Assembly (NCBI GenBank): GCA_038247245.1
Contig: JBBRVE010000001.1
Location: 2,296-66,295, forward strand
DNA from: Bdellovibrionales bacterium
Lineage (GTDB): Bacteria > Pseudomonadota > Alphaproteobacteria > Micavibrionales > UBA2020
Length of the DNA: 64,000 bases
Direction of reading: 5' to 3'
The notes under the pieces were generated by a model that had not been told where the DNA came from, searched no databases, and worked only from the letters and a program-made list of their open reading frames with translations. Position 1 is the first letter of the stretch, and every line of letters starts with the position of its first letter. A program made the position numbers and the translations under genes. Shown piece by piece: positions 35,740 to 45,783 of this stretch.

Positions 35740-36250
35740 GGCTTTTCACAAGCTTGAGCGTGAGCAGATCATCGACTGCGCGCATATCTCCCGCCACGAC
35801 CGGCACATCGTCATAGGAAACGCCCGCGCCATCCGGCACATAACCGCGGCGCACATACAGGCGTTGCGCCGCGCCGTAACGCGCATAGAGCCCGACGCTG
35901 ATGCCCATATCATCATGGCCTTTTTCACGCGCGAGATTCTCGCACCACGCGACCATGGCATCACCGATGCCCTGCTGCCGTGCGGCGGGTATCACATTCA
36001 GATCCTGAATTTCCGGGATGTTCAAACGGCGGAATGGCGCATAAAGCGGTTTCCAGTTGATCTGGACATAGCCGACGGCCGCGCCCGCCTGTTGGGCCAG
36101 CAATACCGTGCGCCCTTCACTCAGGCTGCGGGCGAAATATCCGGCTTCATGCGTTGCGCGCATGGATGCTGCGATGCCGTCCAGTGCGGTAATATCGCTT
36201 TCCGTCGCGACCCGCAGGCTAATATTTTGCATAAGGCGAGAGTCCTTCAT
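35726..36250 (-). CDS. GNAT family N-acetyltransferase
   Basis: ...IQDLNVIPAARQQGIGDAMVAWCENLAREKG...YVRRGY. The stop overlaps the aat start by 14 nt. Confidence 0.8.
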   Translation of the reverse strand: MKDSRLMQNISLRVATESDITALDGIAASMRATHEAGYFARSLSEGRTVLLAQQAGAAVGYVQINWKPLYAPFRRLNIPEIQDLNVIPAARQQGIGDAMVAWCENLAREKGHDDMGISVGLYARYGAAQRLYVRRGYVPDGAGVSYDDVPVVAGDMRAVDDLLTLKLVKSLVQG

Positions 36251-36356
36251 AGTTTTATCCTAGCCCGACACCCCGACCCCTGCACCCGATTTTTTTTAGG
36301 CTTTGATTTTCTGCTACACCGTTGGAAACGGCTGAAAAATAGGGAATACTGGTGGC

Positions 36357-37664
36357 ATGATCGAGGAATTCCTCCAAACGCTCAGTTCGGAAAACAAGCT
36401 CGCCCTGATGTGGGTTCTGGGTGCGCCGGTGATTGGCCTGCTGTTCTTCTGGGCGGCCAAGTCGCATTGGAAGACGCTGCCCGACAAGGAAAAATCATCC
36501 GCGAAACTCTACCGCCGCCTGATCCCGCTGATCGGCCCCGTCATCAACCTGGTCGTGCTGATCGTGGGTGCGGCGCTGATCGGCAAAAAGGGCCTGATCG
36601 TTGACGAAACGATGCGCGGTATCGTGCGCGTGCTGTGCTTCGGCTGGCTGGGGCTTGCGGGCGTCTACGCGTTGACGCATAGCCGCGCAAAAACGCTGAT
36701 CACTGGATTGGTCGCGTTTTTCATCGGCTTCCTGTCGCTCACCAACCTTTTGGGCGATATCGTGAAAGCCGCGCAGGATACGACCTTCGCCATCGGCAAA
36801 ATCGAAATTTCCGCTTATCAGGCCTGCAAATTCATCGTCAGCATCGTTTTGCTGCTGTGGCTTGCGGGTGCGGTCATTCGTGGCATGGAAATATCGCTGC
36901 AGAAAATCCGTTACCTGCGCCCCTCCACGCGCCAGCTGTTCATGTCGCTGGGGCGCATCGGGGTTTATGTGGTGGCGGCGCTGGTCGCGCTTTCCACCAT
37001 CGGCATCGACCTTACCGCCTTTGCTATCTTCGGCGGCGCGGTCGGCGTGGGGCTGGGCTTCGGGCTGCAGAAAATCGCGTCCAACTTTATCAGCGGCATG
37101 ATCCTGCTCCTGGAACGCTCCGTCGAAGTGGGCGACATGATCGAAATGGCAAATGGCGACGTTTCCGGCATCGTGAAAAAAACCGGCGCGCGCTACACGC
37201 TGGTCGAGGCGTTTGACAGCCGCGAAATCATGATCCCGAACGAGGATTTTATCACACAGCGCGTCGTCAACTGGACGCTCAGCGATGCGCGCGGACTGCT
37301 GCGGCTGCCGATCAACGTCGCCTATGGCACCGATCTGGACCGCGCCAAGGAAGTCATGCTGTCGGCGGCGCGCTCTCACCCGCGCTGCCTTGCATCGCCA
37401 GCACCGACCTGCATGCTGACAGGTTTCACCGACCTCGCCGTTACTTTCTCGCTCAACGTCTGGGTCGCCGACATCCGGGAGAAGCGCGTCACGACCCAAA
37501 GCGAAATCCTGTTTTCCGTCTGGCGCAAGTTTCTGGAAGAAGGCATCGGCATGCCGCATTCGCCGCGCGAATCTTCCTACAAGACCATCGAGAAACAAAT
37601 GGCGGCGCGGGCGGAGGCATCTGCCCCCGGGCCCGATACCCTGCCCGACGCGGCAAAGGTTTAA
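36357..37664 (+). CDS. Mechanosensitive ion channel (MscS family)
   Basis: Multi-TM N-terminus, then FGGAVGVGLGFGLQKIASNFISGMILLLERSVEVGDMIE....G.V.....R.T.V...D..E..IPN..F....V.NW. Confidence 0.9.
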   Translation: MIEEFLQTLSSENKLALMWVLGAPVIGLLFFWAAKSHWKTLPDKEKSSAKLYRRLIPLIGPVINLVVLIVGAALIGKKGLIVDETMRGIVRVLCFGWLGLAGVYALTHSRAKTLITGLVAFFIGFLSLTNLLGDIVKAAQDTTFAIGKIEISAYQACKFIVSIVLLLWLAGAVIRGMEISLQKIRYLRPSTRQLFMSLGRIGVYVVAALVALSTIGIDLTAFAIFGGAVGVGLGFGLQKIASNFISGMILLLERSVEVGDMIEMANGDVSGIVKKTGARYTLVEAFDSREIMIPNEDFITQRVVNWTLSDARGLLRLPINVAYGTDLDRAKEVMLSAARSHPRCLASPAPTCMLTGFTDLAVTFSLNVWVADIREKRVTTQSEILFSVWRKFLEEGIGMPHSPRESSYKTIEKQMAARAEASAPGPDTLPDAAKV

Positions 37665-37667
37665 ACC

Positions 37668-38636
37668 ATGGAAGAAACCAAGGCATGTTTGCTTTCCTAC
37701 AGCCTTGACGGGAATGGCAACGGCGAAGTTGTGGACCTTGCATCCATCAAGGCCGAAGACACGCGCCTGATCTGGATCCACATCAATGGCCGCCATCCCG
37801 ACGCCAAAAAATTCCTGCGCGAACAATTGCACCTGGATCCCGTCATTGTCAAAACGATGCTGGCCGAGGAAATGCGCCCGCGCCTGGAAGAACAGGGCAA
37901 TTACACGCTGCTGATGCTGCGCGGCATTAACTTCAACCCCGGCCCCGCGCCGGAGGACCTTGTTTCCGTCCGCTTGTGGATCACCGGCAACCGCATCGTC
38001 AGCGTTGGCCGCCGCAAATCGAAAACTGTCGCCGATATGGATGAGCGCATCCGCCACGGGCGCGGGCCGAAGCGTGTGGGCGAGTTCGTAGCCATGCTGT
38101 GTTCGAGCCTGAATGACGGCATCGAGCCCGCGCTGCAGGAGCTGGAGGACACGATTGACCGGCTGGAGGCCCTGAGCCTCGAAAACCCCGACGCGCATTT
38201 GCGCAACGACATCGCGGGCATCCGTAAACAGGCGACGCTGTTCCGCCGCCATATCGCGCCGCAACGCGAAGTTTTCAACCGTCTGCAATTCTCGCAGCAG
38301 GGCTGGATGCTGCCCGCCGATAAATGGCTGATGCAGGACAACAACGACCGCATGATGCGCTATCTTGAAGATCTCGAAGCCCTGCGCGACCGGGCGAACA
38401 TCCTGCAGGACGAATTGCAGAGCGCCCTTTCCGGCAAGCTGAACAAAAACCTGTACACGCTTTCCGTCATCACCGCGATCTTCATGCCGCTCAGCTTTTT
38501 CAGCGGATTACTGGGCATGAACGTCAAAGGCATCCCGGGCGCCGACCACCCCGAAGCCTTCCTGATTGCCTGCGGGATTGCATTTATCATCGCCACCGTT
38601 CAGGTCGTGGTGTTCAGGCGGCTAAAATGGCTATGA
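37668..38636 (+). CDS. zntB: CorA-superfamily divalent cation transporter, ZntB-like
   Basis: LWIHIN....P.....L......D........EE.RPR, ...YTLSVITAIFMPLSFFSGLLGMNVKGIPG (GMN motif), and the ending RRLKWL as in ZntB. Confidence 0.8.
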   Translation: MEETKACLLSYSLDGNGNGEVVDLASIKAEDTRLIWIHINGRHPDAKKFLREQLHLDPVIVKTMLAEEMRPRLEEQGNYTLLMLRGINFNPGPAPEDLVSVRLWITGNRIVSVGRRKSKTVADMDERIRHGRGPKRVGEFVAMLCSSLNDGIEPALQELEDTIDRLEALSLENPDAHLRNDIAGIRKQATLFRRHIAPQREVFNRLQFSQQGWMLPADKWLMQDNNDRMMRYLEDLEALRDRANILQDELQSALSGKLNKNLYTLSVITAIFMPLSFFSGLLGMNVKGIPGADHPEAFLIACGIAFIIATVQVVVFRRLKWL

Positions 38637-38718
38637 TTTTCAATAGGTTGATAATTCGTTTGCATTCCCTACAGGCGACACGCAAAATCGCAGCATATTC
38701 CGGGCAGGAGCATTAAAC

Positions 38719-39243
38719 GTGAGCGGCAAGCGCGGCAACAGGATTTTATTAAGGGCGATATTGTTCCTGCTGCTGGTATTGGCGGCAGGGAACGCCATCT
38801 ATGTTTTTCGCTATGCGCCCGTGCAGCAGCAGGCGATGCAGGCCGAACAACAGCTGGCGAAGCCCGTGTTTCCTCCCTATGCCGAACCGGAAGAACATGC
38901 CGCCATCCAGCAGCCCTATGCGGCACCGGGTCGTGACTGGAAATATTACCCCCGTTCAACCTGGCACAGCGAGCTTGTTTCCAAACGGGAAGATGACGGC
39001 AGCTATTCCTTCAACGTGACCTCGACCGGAGGGCGCGCAGGCGACCGCACAATCAAATCGTTCGAAGCATGGATCCGCAAAGCGAACGAAACGTCGGAAA
39101 GCAAGATCGACCTGAAGCGCGATGCCGAGGGCAAGATCGTGACCAAGATCAGCTTCCCGACCGCAGGCGAATGGATTATCCGCGTGCGCCTTGCCCGCGA
39201 ATCCGAGACGCTGGAATTCAGCGAACGCGTGGATGTGAAATAA
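38719..39243 (+). CDS. Hypothetical membrane-anchored protein (possible FixH/YtkA-like beta domain)
   Basis: GTG start with an AGGAG RBS. One N-terminal TM. The C-terminus reads KISFPTAGEWIIRVRLARESETLEFSERVDV. Confidence 0.55.
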   Translation: MSGKRGNRILLRAILFLLLVLAAGNAIYVFRYAPVQQQAMQAEQQLAKPVFPPYAEPEEHAAIQQPYAAPGRDWKYYPRSTWHSELVSKREDDGSYSFNVTSTGGRAGDRTIKSFEAWIRKANETSESKIDLKRDAEGKIVTKISFPTAGEWIIRVRLARESETLEFSERVDVK

Positions 39244-39244
39244 C

Positions 39245-39751
39245 TTACGCCTTCAGCACAAGTTCATAAAAAATTTCGTCTTCGGTCACGCCGTCATGCC
39301 ACAGATGCGGCGCGGCGCCTGTCTGCACAAAACCATGTTTCTGGTTGGCCTTTTTCGATGCGATATTCGATGCGCGGTGCGCCACGAGGATTTTTTCGGC
39401 GGTTTCATGCGCGCGCGCCCAATCAATACGGGCGCGGTACATGCCTTCGGATACGCCCTTGCTGCGCCATGACGGTTCCAGCCATGAGCCCCACATTCTC
39501 GCAATCGTGGCATCATCCTTGTCGATCACGACGCCGGTCATCCCGATCACGGTGCCGTGATCGAACACGCCGAAGACGCCCATATCGCTGCGTTCGAGTG
39601 CCGCCCGCCATTCGGCGTCCGGGCGCGGTTCTTCACGGGCAAGGCTGGAGCCGAAAACTTTCGGGTCGGACTGCAAAGCCTTTAACCGCACGGCCCTGTA
39701 CAGCGGCCATTCCTCAGGCACGAACAGCCGTATGACAAGGCCTTGTTGCAT
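39245..39751 (-). CDS. GNAT family N-acetyltransferase
   Basis: MQQGLVIRLFVPEEW...GVFDHGTVIGMTGV...SWRSKGVSEGMY... ...SNIASKKANQKHGF. The start ATG overlaps the upstream stop (ATGA). The tracked 206-aa ORF is an N-terminal over-extension. Confidence 0.8.
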   Translation of the reverse strand: MQQGLVIRLFVPEEWPLYRAVRLKALQSDPKVFGSSLAREEPRPDAEWRAALERSDMGVFGVFDHGTVIGMTGVVIDKDDATIARMWGSWLEPSWRSKGVSEGMYRARIDWARAHETAEKILVAHRASNIASKKANQKHGFVQTGAAPHLWHDGVTEDEIFYELVLKA

Positions 39752-40857
39752 CAACCGGCCTTTTTCTGGCGCGGGCGCGCCAGCTGTTCGGCGCGGTAAC
39801 CGCGTAAATATTGCACCGGCACGTCCATTTCCGCCCCCAGCACATCGGCCGCATGCAGCGGCCAATACGGGTCGCGCAGCATGGCGCGGGCAAGGAACAC
39901 CATATCGGCCTCGCCTGCCGCGATAATGTCATTCGCCTGGACAGGATCATTGATCATGCCCACGGCGGCGGTCGCGATACCGGCCTTTTCCTTGATCGCC
40001 CTGGCAAACGGCACCTGATAATTGGGGCCGACGGGAATTTTCCCATCCGGTGTCAGCGCACCCGATGAGCAATCGATAAAATCAACGCCTTCTTTTTTCA
40101 ACGCCGCCGACAGGCGCACGGTATCGTCAATCGCAACACCGCCCTCCTGCCAGTCGGAACAGGACAGGCGCACCGACAGCACCGTTTGCGGGCGTAGCGC
40201 GGCGCGCAATTCGCGTGCGATTTCGCAGATCAGGCGGAACCGGTTTTCCTCGCTGCCGCCATATTCATCCGTGCGTCTGTTCGACAGGGGCGAATAGAAT
40301 TCATGCAGCAAATAGCCATGCGCGCCGTGAATTTCGACAATCTGGAATCCCGCGCGCTCCGCGCGGAACGCGCCTGCGATAAAACCTTCCTTCAGGCGCT
40401 TGATGTCGTCCAACGTCATTTCATGCGGCGCTTCCATTTCCGGCGAAAACGCAATCGGCGACGGCGCGATGGTCGTCCAGCCGCCTTCGGGCTTTTTCAG
40501 CCGTTTGCCGCCTTCCCATGGTGCGCCCATGCTGGCCTTGCGCCCCGCATGTGCCAGCTGGATGCCGATTCCCGCGCCATGGCCGATCGCAAAAGCCGTG
40601 ATGCGTTTCAGGTAATCCACATGCGCGTCCTTCCAGATGCCATGACAAAGTGGCGTGATGCGGCCTTCGGGCGACACACCCGTTGCCTCCATGATAATCA
40701 TCCCCGCCCCGCCCAGCGCGCGCGACCCCAGATGCACCAGATGCCAGTCATTCGCAAAACCGTCCTGCGACGAATACTGGCACATGGGCGACACGCCGAT
40801 GCGGTTGCGGAGGGTCAGGCCGCGAAAGGTGATGGGGGTGAACAATGGAACAGACAT
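39751..40857 (-). CDS. NADH:flavin oxidoreductase (Old Yellow Enzyme family, YqjM/NamA-like)
   Basis: LFTPITFRGLTLRNRIGVSPMCQYSS.DG..NDWHLVHLGSRA.GGAG....EAT.V...GRI, ...EIHGAHGYLLHEF.SPLSN.R.DEYGGS.ENR. Confidence 0.92.
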   Translation of the reverse strand: MSVPLFTPITFRGLTLRNRIGVSPMCQYSSQDGFANDWHLVHLGSRALGGAGMIIMEATGVSPEGRITPLCHGIWKDAHVDYLKRITAFAIGHGAGIGIQLAHAGRKASMGAPWEGGKRLKKPEGGWTTIAPSPIAFSPEMEAPHEMTLDDIKRLKEGFIAGAFRAERAGFQIVEIHGAHGYLLHEFYSPLSNRRTDEYGGSEENRFRLICEIARELRAALRPQTVLSVRLSCSDWQEGGVAIDDTVRLSAALKKEGVDFIDCSSGALTPDGKIPVGPNYQVPFARAIKEKAGIATAAVGMINDPVQANDIIAAGEADMVFLARAMLRDPYWPLHAADVLGAEMDVPVQYLRGYRAEQLARPRQKKAG

Positions 40858-40873
40858 TTAAAACTCTTATTGT

Positions 40874-41398
40874 TTACGGTTTCAGGTTTTGCAGAAAGGC
40901 ATCGGCCTCGGCATGGCTGCGCAGACGGATATAGGTGACGGCGCCGACCTTTCCAGCCCCGAAAATCCCGCCATATTCTTTTTTGCGCTTCTGATAGGTT
41001 TTGAGCAGCCAGACCATAATGCTGTCACTGGAAAAAAGCTTGCCCCATGTTTCGGTATTGCCGTTGCAGATCAGCAATTTGTCGCGTGCGCGGCGGATGG
41101 AGCGCGACAGCAGCTGGCGAAACACCGTGAAAAACGGCAGGTCGATCCAGATAAAGGTATCGGCATACGGCCAGACCATATCGCGGGTTTTAGAATAATT
41201 GCCTATGATGACCCATTGCGCCGCTTGGGCTTTTTCCAGTACGCGGGCACGGAAATCATCCACATCCCGCGTCTGCCAGTTCGGCAGCCAGTGCAGTTCA
41301 TCAAGGTCAACGGCCTCGCAGCCAAGTCTGGCCGCGAGCTTTTTTCCGAAAGTTGTCTTGCCGGAACCGGTGCATCCGAGGATAACGATACGCTGCAT
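40874..41398 (-). CDS. P-loop NTPase (adenylate kinase / topology-modulation FlaR-like)
   Basis: MQRIVILGCTGSGKTTFGKKLAARLG...DLDELHW. Confidence 0.7.
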   Translation of the reverse strand: MQRIVILGCTGSGKTTFGKKLAARLGCEAVDLDELHWLPNWQTRDVDDFRARVLEKAQAAQWVIIGNYSKTRDMVWPYADTFIWIDLPFFTVFRQLLSRSIRRARDKLLICNGNTETWGKLFSSDSIMVWLLKTYQKRKKEYGGIFGAGKVGAVTYIRLRSHAEADAFLQNLKP

Positions 41399-41479
41399 GA
41401 AACACCTATAAACAGGCAGCCAGTATAGCCTTTCTAAAGCCCGATAAAAGCCCTAACATGGCGGCCAAAGGATGAAAAA

Positions 41480-42667
41480 ATGTCCCGCACAGTCATGCCC
41501 AAAGGCGTTTACGCGCTCGGTTTCATCAGCATGTTCATGGATATCTCGTCGGAGATGATCCACAGCCTGCTGCCGCTGTTCCTGACAAGGGTGTTGGGCG
41601 CATCCGCACTGTCTGTTGGCATACTGGAGGGCATTGCGGAAGCGACCGCCTCGATTGCCAAAATTTTCTCCGGGGCGATCAGCGACTGGATGGGCAGGCG
41701 TAAACCGCTGCTGTTGCTCGGCTACGGCCTTGCGACGTTGACGAAGCCCCTCTTCCCGCTGGCCGACAGTTTCACAACCGTATTGACCGCCCGCTTCCTT
41801 GACCGCATCGGCAAGGGCATTCGCGGCGCGCCGCGGGATGCGTTCCTCGCCGATATCACGCCGGAGCCGATGCGCGGAGCGGCCTATGGCCTGCGGCAAT
41901 CGATGGATACGCTGGGCGCATTCCTGGGCCCGCTGTTTGCCATGGGCTTGATGATCTGGACATTCAATGATTACCGCACCGTGTTCTGGGTTGCGGTGAT
42001 CCCCGCCTTGATCGTGCTGCTGATCATCGTGTTCGCCATCAAGGAGCCCGCGCGCGCAAAAGCAACGGAGAAAAAACCGTTCCCGTTACAGACAAGCCAG
42101 CTGAAACTGCTGTCTCCCGTCTTCTGGATCGTGACGCTGGTCGCGTCACTTTTGACACTGGCCCGGTTTTCGGAGGCGTTCCTGATCATGCGCGGCGATA
42201 ATATCGGGCTGGGCGTTGCGTTTGCGCCCGCCATCCTGATTGCGATGAATGCTGTGTATTCTCTGTCGGCATGGCTGGTCGGCGTGCTGTCGGATAAAAT
42301 CGGCAGGCAGGGATTGCTGCTGGCGGGCATTGCGACGCTCATCCTGGCGGATATCGTGCTGGCGTCGGCAAATACGCCGGTGCTGGTGTTTATCGGCGCG
42401 GGTTTGTGGGGGCTGCATATGGGGCTGACGCAGGGCATCATCACCGCCTATGTGGCCGATAGCGTGCCCGCCCACTTGCGCGGCACGGGCTTCGGCGTTT
42501 ACAATTTCGTGACCGGCATCGTGCTGTTGGCGGCGAGCGTGATTGCGGGATACCTGTGGAGCGCCCACGGCCCTGTTATCACCTTCGCGGCGGGCGCGGT
42601 GTTTTCGGCGCTGTCATTGCTCGGCTTCCTTGCGCTGCGACCCTACCTCGGAAAGAAACACGCATGA
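41480..42667 (+). CDS. MFS transporter
   Basis: About 12 hydrophobic segments, with an MFS loop motif (DWMGRRKPLLLLG; LDRIGKGIRGAPRDA). Confidence 0.88.
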   Translation: MSRTVMPKGVYALGFISMFMDISSEMIHSLLPLFLTRVLGASALSVGILEGIAEATASIAKIFSGAISDWMGRRKPLLLLGYGLATLTKPLFPLADSFTTVLTARFLDRIGKGIRGAPRDAFLADITPEPMRGAAYGLRQSMDTLGAFLGPLFAMGLMIWTFNDYRTVFWVAVIPALIVLLIIVFAIKEPARAKATEKKPFPLQTSQLKLLSPVFWIVTLVASLLTLARFSEAFLIMRGDNIGLGVAFAPAILIAMNAVYSLSAWLVGVLSDKIGRQGLLLAGIATLILADIVLASANTPVLVFIGAGLWGLHMGLTQGIITAYVADSVPAHLRGTGFGVYNFVTGIVLLAASVIAGYLWSAHGPVITFAAGAVFSALSLLGFLALRPYLGKKHA

Positions 42668-43146
42668 ACGAACAGACATTACAGGCATGGGAACTGGCAA
42701 GCTATGTGGTCACCTGCATCGGCCTGCCCTATGCCATCGTCATGCTGATGTATGATAACTGGAAGGAACGCCAGCAAGAGGACGAGGAGCTGTACCAGAA
42801 ACTGGCGGAGGAATACGCCAAGTTCAACAACCTGCTGATCAAAAACGCCGACCTGCAACTGGTTACCGGCCATATTCCCGATGAAAATCTTTCTGCGGAA
42901 CAAAAAGAACGTAAATCGATCATTTTCGACATGCTGGTCGCACTGTTCGAGCGCGCCTATATTCTTGTTTACGAAGACAACATGGACCGCCAGACGAAAC
43001 GCCTGTGGGCGACATGGGAAGATTACATTCAGGCCTGGTGCAAGCGCGACGATTTCCGTGCCGCACTGCCGGGGCTGCTGGTCGGCGAAGATCCCGGATT
43101 TTCCGCCTACATACAGAAGGCCGCTAAAATAACCAAAGACAAATAA
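42664..43146 (+). CDS. Hypothetical single-TM protein
   Basis: The ATG overlaps the MFS stop (ATGA). MNEQTLQAWELASYVVTCIGLPYAIVMLMY, then a charged helical region. The tracked start at 42556 lies inside the MFS gene. Confidence 0.55.
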   Translation: MNEQTLQAWELASYVVTCIGLPYAIVMLMYDNWKERQQEDEELYQKLAEEYAKFNNLLIKNADLQLVTGHIPDENLSAEQKERKSIIFDMLVALFERAYILVYEDNMDRQTKRLWATWEDYIQAWCKRDDFRAALPGLLVGEDPGFSAYIQKAAKITKDK

Positions 43147-43166
43147 ACAACCAAACGGAGTGTAAG

Positions 43167-43583
43167 ATGCCTGTACTTTATACTGCTAAAGCAAATGTCA
43201 CCGGTGGCCGCGACGGCGCGGGTGAAACCGACGACAAAAAACTGTCCGTCACCCTGTCGCGCCCGGGCGGCGCGGGCAGCGGCACCAACCCCGAACAATT
43301 ATTCGCGGTCGGCTATGCCGCCTGCTTTGGCGGCGCAATCGGTTTCGTGGCGGGCCAGAAAAAACTGGAAACCGGCGCGATCAACATCCAGTCGGAAGTG
43401 ACGCTGAACCAGGACGACAAGGGTTTTTCGATCGGCGTGACGCTGAACGTGCTGCTGCCGTCGCTGGATAAAGCCGAGGCCGCCGCACTGGTCGCCGAAG
43501 CCGACAAGGTCTGCCCCTATTCCAAGGCGCTGCGCGGCAACGTGTCCGTGACCCTGAAGGCAAATGGCGAAGCGCTCAGCTAA
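43167..43583 (+). CDS. ohr: Organic hydroperoxide resistance protein (Ohr, OsmC/Ohr family)
   Basis: MPVLYTAKANVTGGRDG....D..L.V.LS.P...G..GTNPEQLFAVGYAACF......VCPYSKA.RGN. Confidence 0.92.
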   Translation: MPVLYTAKANVTGGRDGAGETDDKKLSVTLSRPGGAGSGTNPEQLFAVGYAACFGGAIGFVAGQKKLETGAINIQSEVTLNQDDKGFSIGVTLNVLLPSLDKAEAAALVAEADKVCPYSKALRGNVSVTLKANGEALS

Positions 43584-44283
43584 GCTTTGCAATTTCCTGC
43601 GCGGTGTAATCCGCAAGGATATCAAAATAACTGAGAATGGTGACGCCGGGCACAAGTCCGGCGTTGCCATGTCTGGCCTTCGGCGCATCGGCGCGGGCGA
43701 ACAGGATTTGCGTGATGCCCATGGCTTTCCAGTCTTCCACAATTTCGTGCATCACAGCCTCGACGGGCGCGGAATTTCCGGCGTGTTTTAATTCTTCCTC
43801 TGCCGCCAATAATTTTGCGGCCTGCGCGTCATCCGGCGTCACGGCCTTGCTGCCGAACAATTCCACAATGCGCTGCCTGGCGGGGCGCATATGGATGACG
43901 CCCAGCCGCACCGTATCCTTGTACTGCGCCACCAGCGCGTCCGACAGGCGCAAAATCTTGCGCCCGATGGCCTTTTCAACGCCGTCATGAAAACCGATCA
44001 TCGACATGCAGGGCATGACCAGCAATTGCGCATCACCCGCACCCACGGCCAAGCCATCGCCCGCAACCGCCGCGAACAGTTCCTGTTTCTTCGCTTCGTC
44101 CTGCAACGCCTCGCCGCGCAAGGGGCGGCCCGGCTCCGATACCGCCCGCGCGTTCGGGTAAGGTGCTGCCGATTGTAATGTGTACATCATGCCCTTCGCC
44201 GCATCCGCCAGCCGCGCCGCGAATTCGTCATAGCTGTCGGGGTTCAGCGCGCCGAAGGCCGCGATTTTAACGTCATGCGTCAT
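43576..44283 (-). CDS. Hypothetical protein, possibly Asp/Glu/hydantoin racemase-superfamily-like
   Basis: Two alpha/beta-like halves (LLVMPCMSM.., LGVIHMRP..., ITQILFARADAP). Only one candidate catalytic Cys is visible, so the family call is weak. Confidence 0.35.
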   Translation of the reverse strand: MTHDVKIAAFGALNPDSYDEFAARLADAAKGMMYTLQSAAPYPNARAVSEPGRPLRGEALQDEAKKQELFAAVAGDGLAVGAGDAQLLVMPCMSMIGFHDGVEKAIGRKILRLSDALVAQYKDTVRLGVIHMRPARQRIVELFGSKAVTPDDAQAAKLLAAEEELKHAGNSAPVEAVMHEIVEDWKAMGITQILFARADAPKARHGNAGLVPGVTILSYFDILADYTAQEIAKLS

Positions 44284-44339
44284 GCTTTTTCCTTTAAGGC
44301 AGATATCCAGTGGTGGCGCGGGTAATCGCGCGCAATCGC

Positions 44340-44837
44340 TTAGCGCAGCCAGAGCCTGTCGCTGTTATCCAGCAGGGGTAGCAGCGATTCAAAATCCTGT
44401 TCATCCTTGGCGCGCGGGTTTTTTGATTTATACAGCAGCGGCACGACGGTGGGCAATGCCTCGCCGCGCAGGAAGCGCGCGTATTCCAGCTTCACATGCG
44501 CGTTGCGGCGGTACAGCCAGTCGCCGCCGTCGAATTCGTTCAGCAAGACCTCCAGCGTAAAGCCATCGGTGAAACAGGCGTATAATTCATGAATGGGCAG
44601 CAGCAGCGTATCGAAGCCCCAGCGGAACAGCTGGCCGCCATGCGCGTATTCGATACGATCGAGCTTCGGCAGGTTGTGCAAGCCCGCCTGTTCGCGCCGG
44701 TCGATGGCGATTTCGATATCCTTGTGCGGTCGTGATTGAAAACCAAGGCGCAGGTCCACCGCCCAGCCGCCCGCGATCCAGTAATCGCCGGGAAAATCCG
44801 TCAGACGTTGCCGCACTTCATCCACTTCTGGAAACAT
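44340..44837 (-). CDS. Nucleotidyltransferase-fold protein (ANT(2'')/LinF-like small NTase)
   Basis: FPGDYWIAGGWAVDLRLGFQSRPHKDIEIAI has G-G/S ... D-x-E/D NTase signatures. The start is trimmed to M29 (MFPEVDEV). Confidence 0.6.
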   Translation of the reverse strand: MFPEVDEVRQRLTDFPGDYWIAGGWAVDLRLGFQSRPHKDIEIAIDRREQAGLHNLPKLDRIEYAHGGQLFRWGFDTLLLPIHELYACFTDGFTLEVLLNEFDGGDWLYRRNAHVKLEYARFLRGEALPTVVPLLYKSKNPRAKDEQDFESLLPLLDNSDRLWLR

Positions 44838-44928
44838 GCCCGAAATTCCCTTCCGCCATGACCTTAACACATGCCGCGTGCTCGGATAAGATGGACGGGC
44901 ATTTAACCGCCTGAAAGGCATTTTTCAC

Positions 44929-45711
44929 ATGTTCAAATCCCTCGCTTTAGTCGCCGCGCTATTCCTTATGTCGCCGTCCCTGTCCCATGCCGCCGCGCCC
45001 GCGCCGGAAGGCATCATCGGCACGATCCTCGAGGTCGAAGGCGCTGGCACCGTGACGCCGGTCGGCAAGCCCGCTGTTGCCGCCGCCGTCAAAACGCGCG
45101 TGCATATGAACGATGTGATCTCGACGGGGCCGAAGGGACGCATCTTCATCCTCTTCATCGACAACACGCAATTCACGCTGTCGGAAAATTCGAAACTGAA
45201 GGTCGACAAGTATGTGTTCGACCCGCAAAACCCCGCCGTGAACAAGGGCACGTTCAACGTCATGCAGGGCGCATTCAAGTACACCAGCGGCGCGCTGGCG
45301 AAGAAAAAAGACCCTGAAGTGTCGATCAACACGCCCTACGGCAATATTGGCGTGCGTGGCACGGTCGTCCTGGGCGGCCGGGTGAAGGACGCCTATGGCG
45401 TGCATGTGCAGGAAGGCCGCGTGCAGGTGCGCAATGATGCGGGCGCGGTGCTGGTCGACAAAGGCAACGGCACGATGATCAAGAGCCGCGCGGAAAAACC
45501 CACCAATCAGGCACCCTTCCCGCCCGAGCTGCTGAACGTTTTGCAAACCGGCGTCTCCCTGATCGCAGGCGATAAGTTGATGAAAAATATGCCCGGTTTC
45601 ATGAGCGATAACCTGCAACTGCAGGACCAGTTCAAAATCTTCCAGCAACTGAACAACCCTGTGCCGAAACTGAAGGGACCGGGCGACCTGCTCAAGAAAT
45701 TCCCCTTCTAA
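44929..45711 (+). CDS. FecR-domain secreted protein
   Basis: Signal peptide MFKSLALVAALFLMSPSLSHA, then G.I.EVEG...V.........V......V...D.I.TG..GR..I.F.D...F.L..NS.L. Confidence 0.7.
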   Translation: MFKSLALVAALFLMSPSLSHAAAPAPEGIIGTILEVEGAGTVTPVGKPAVAAAVKTRVHMNDVISTGPKGRIFILFIDNTQFTLSENSKLKVDKYVFDPQNPAVNKGTFNVMQGAFKYTSGALAKKKDPEVSINTPYGNIGVRGTVVLGGRVKDAYGVHVQEGRVQVRNDAGAVLVDKGNGTMIKSRAEKPTNQAPFPPELLNVLQTGVSLIAGDKLMKNMPGFMSDNLQLQDQFKIFQQLNNPVPKLKGPGDLLKKFPF

Positions 45712-45730
45712 GGGAAACTTGCGACACTCA

Positions 45731-45768
45731 AAGAAAAGGCCTGGGATCGCTCCCAGGCCTTTTTCTTT
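45731..45768. terminator. Bidirectional rho-independent terminator
   Basis: aaagaaaaggcctgggatcgctcccaggcctttttcttt, between convergent genes. Confidence 0.85.
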
Positions 45769-45783
45769 ATGCGGATTGTTTGT

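Noticed and set aside
43576-44283. Considered calling this ORF an aspartate/glutamate racemase with a gene symbol.
   Set aside because: Only one of the two catalytic Cys motifs is discernible (MPCMSM) and the second position reads FARADAP. It is kept as a low-confidence superfamily-like call only.
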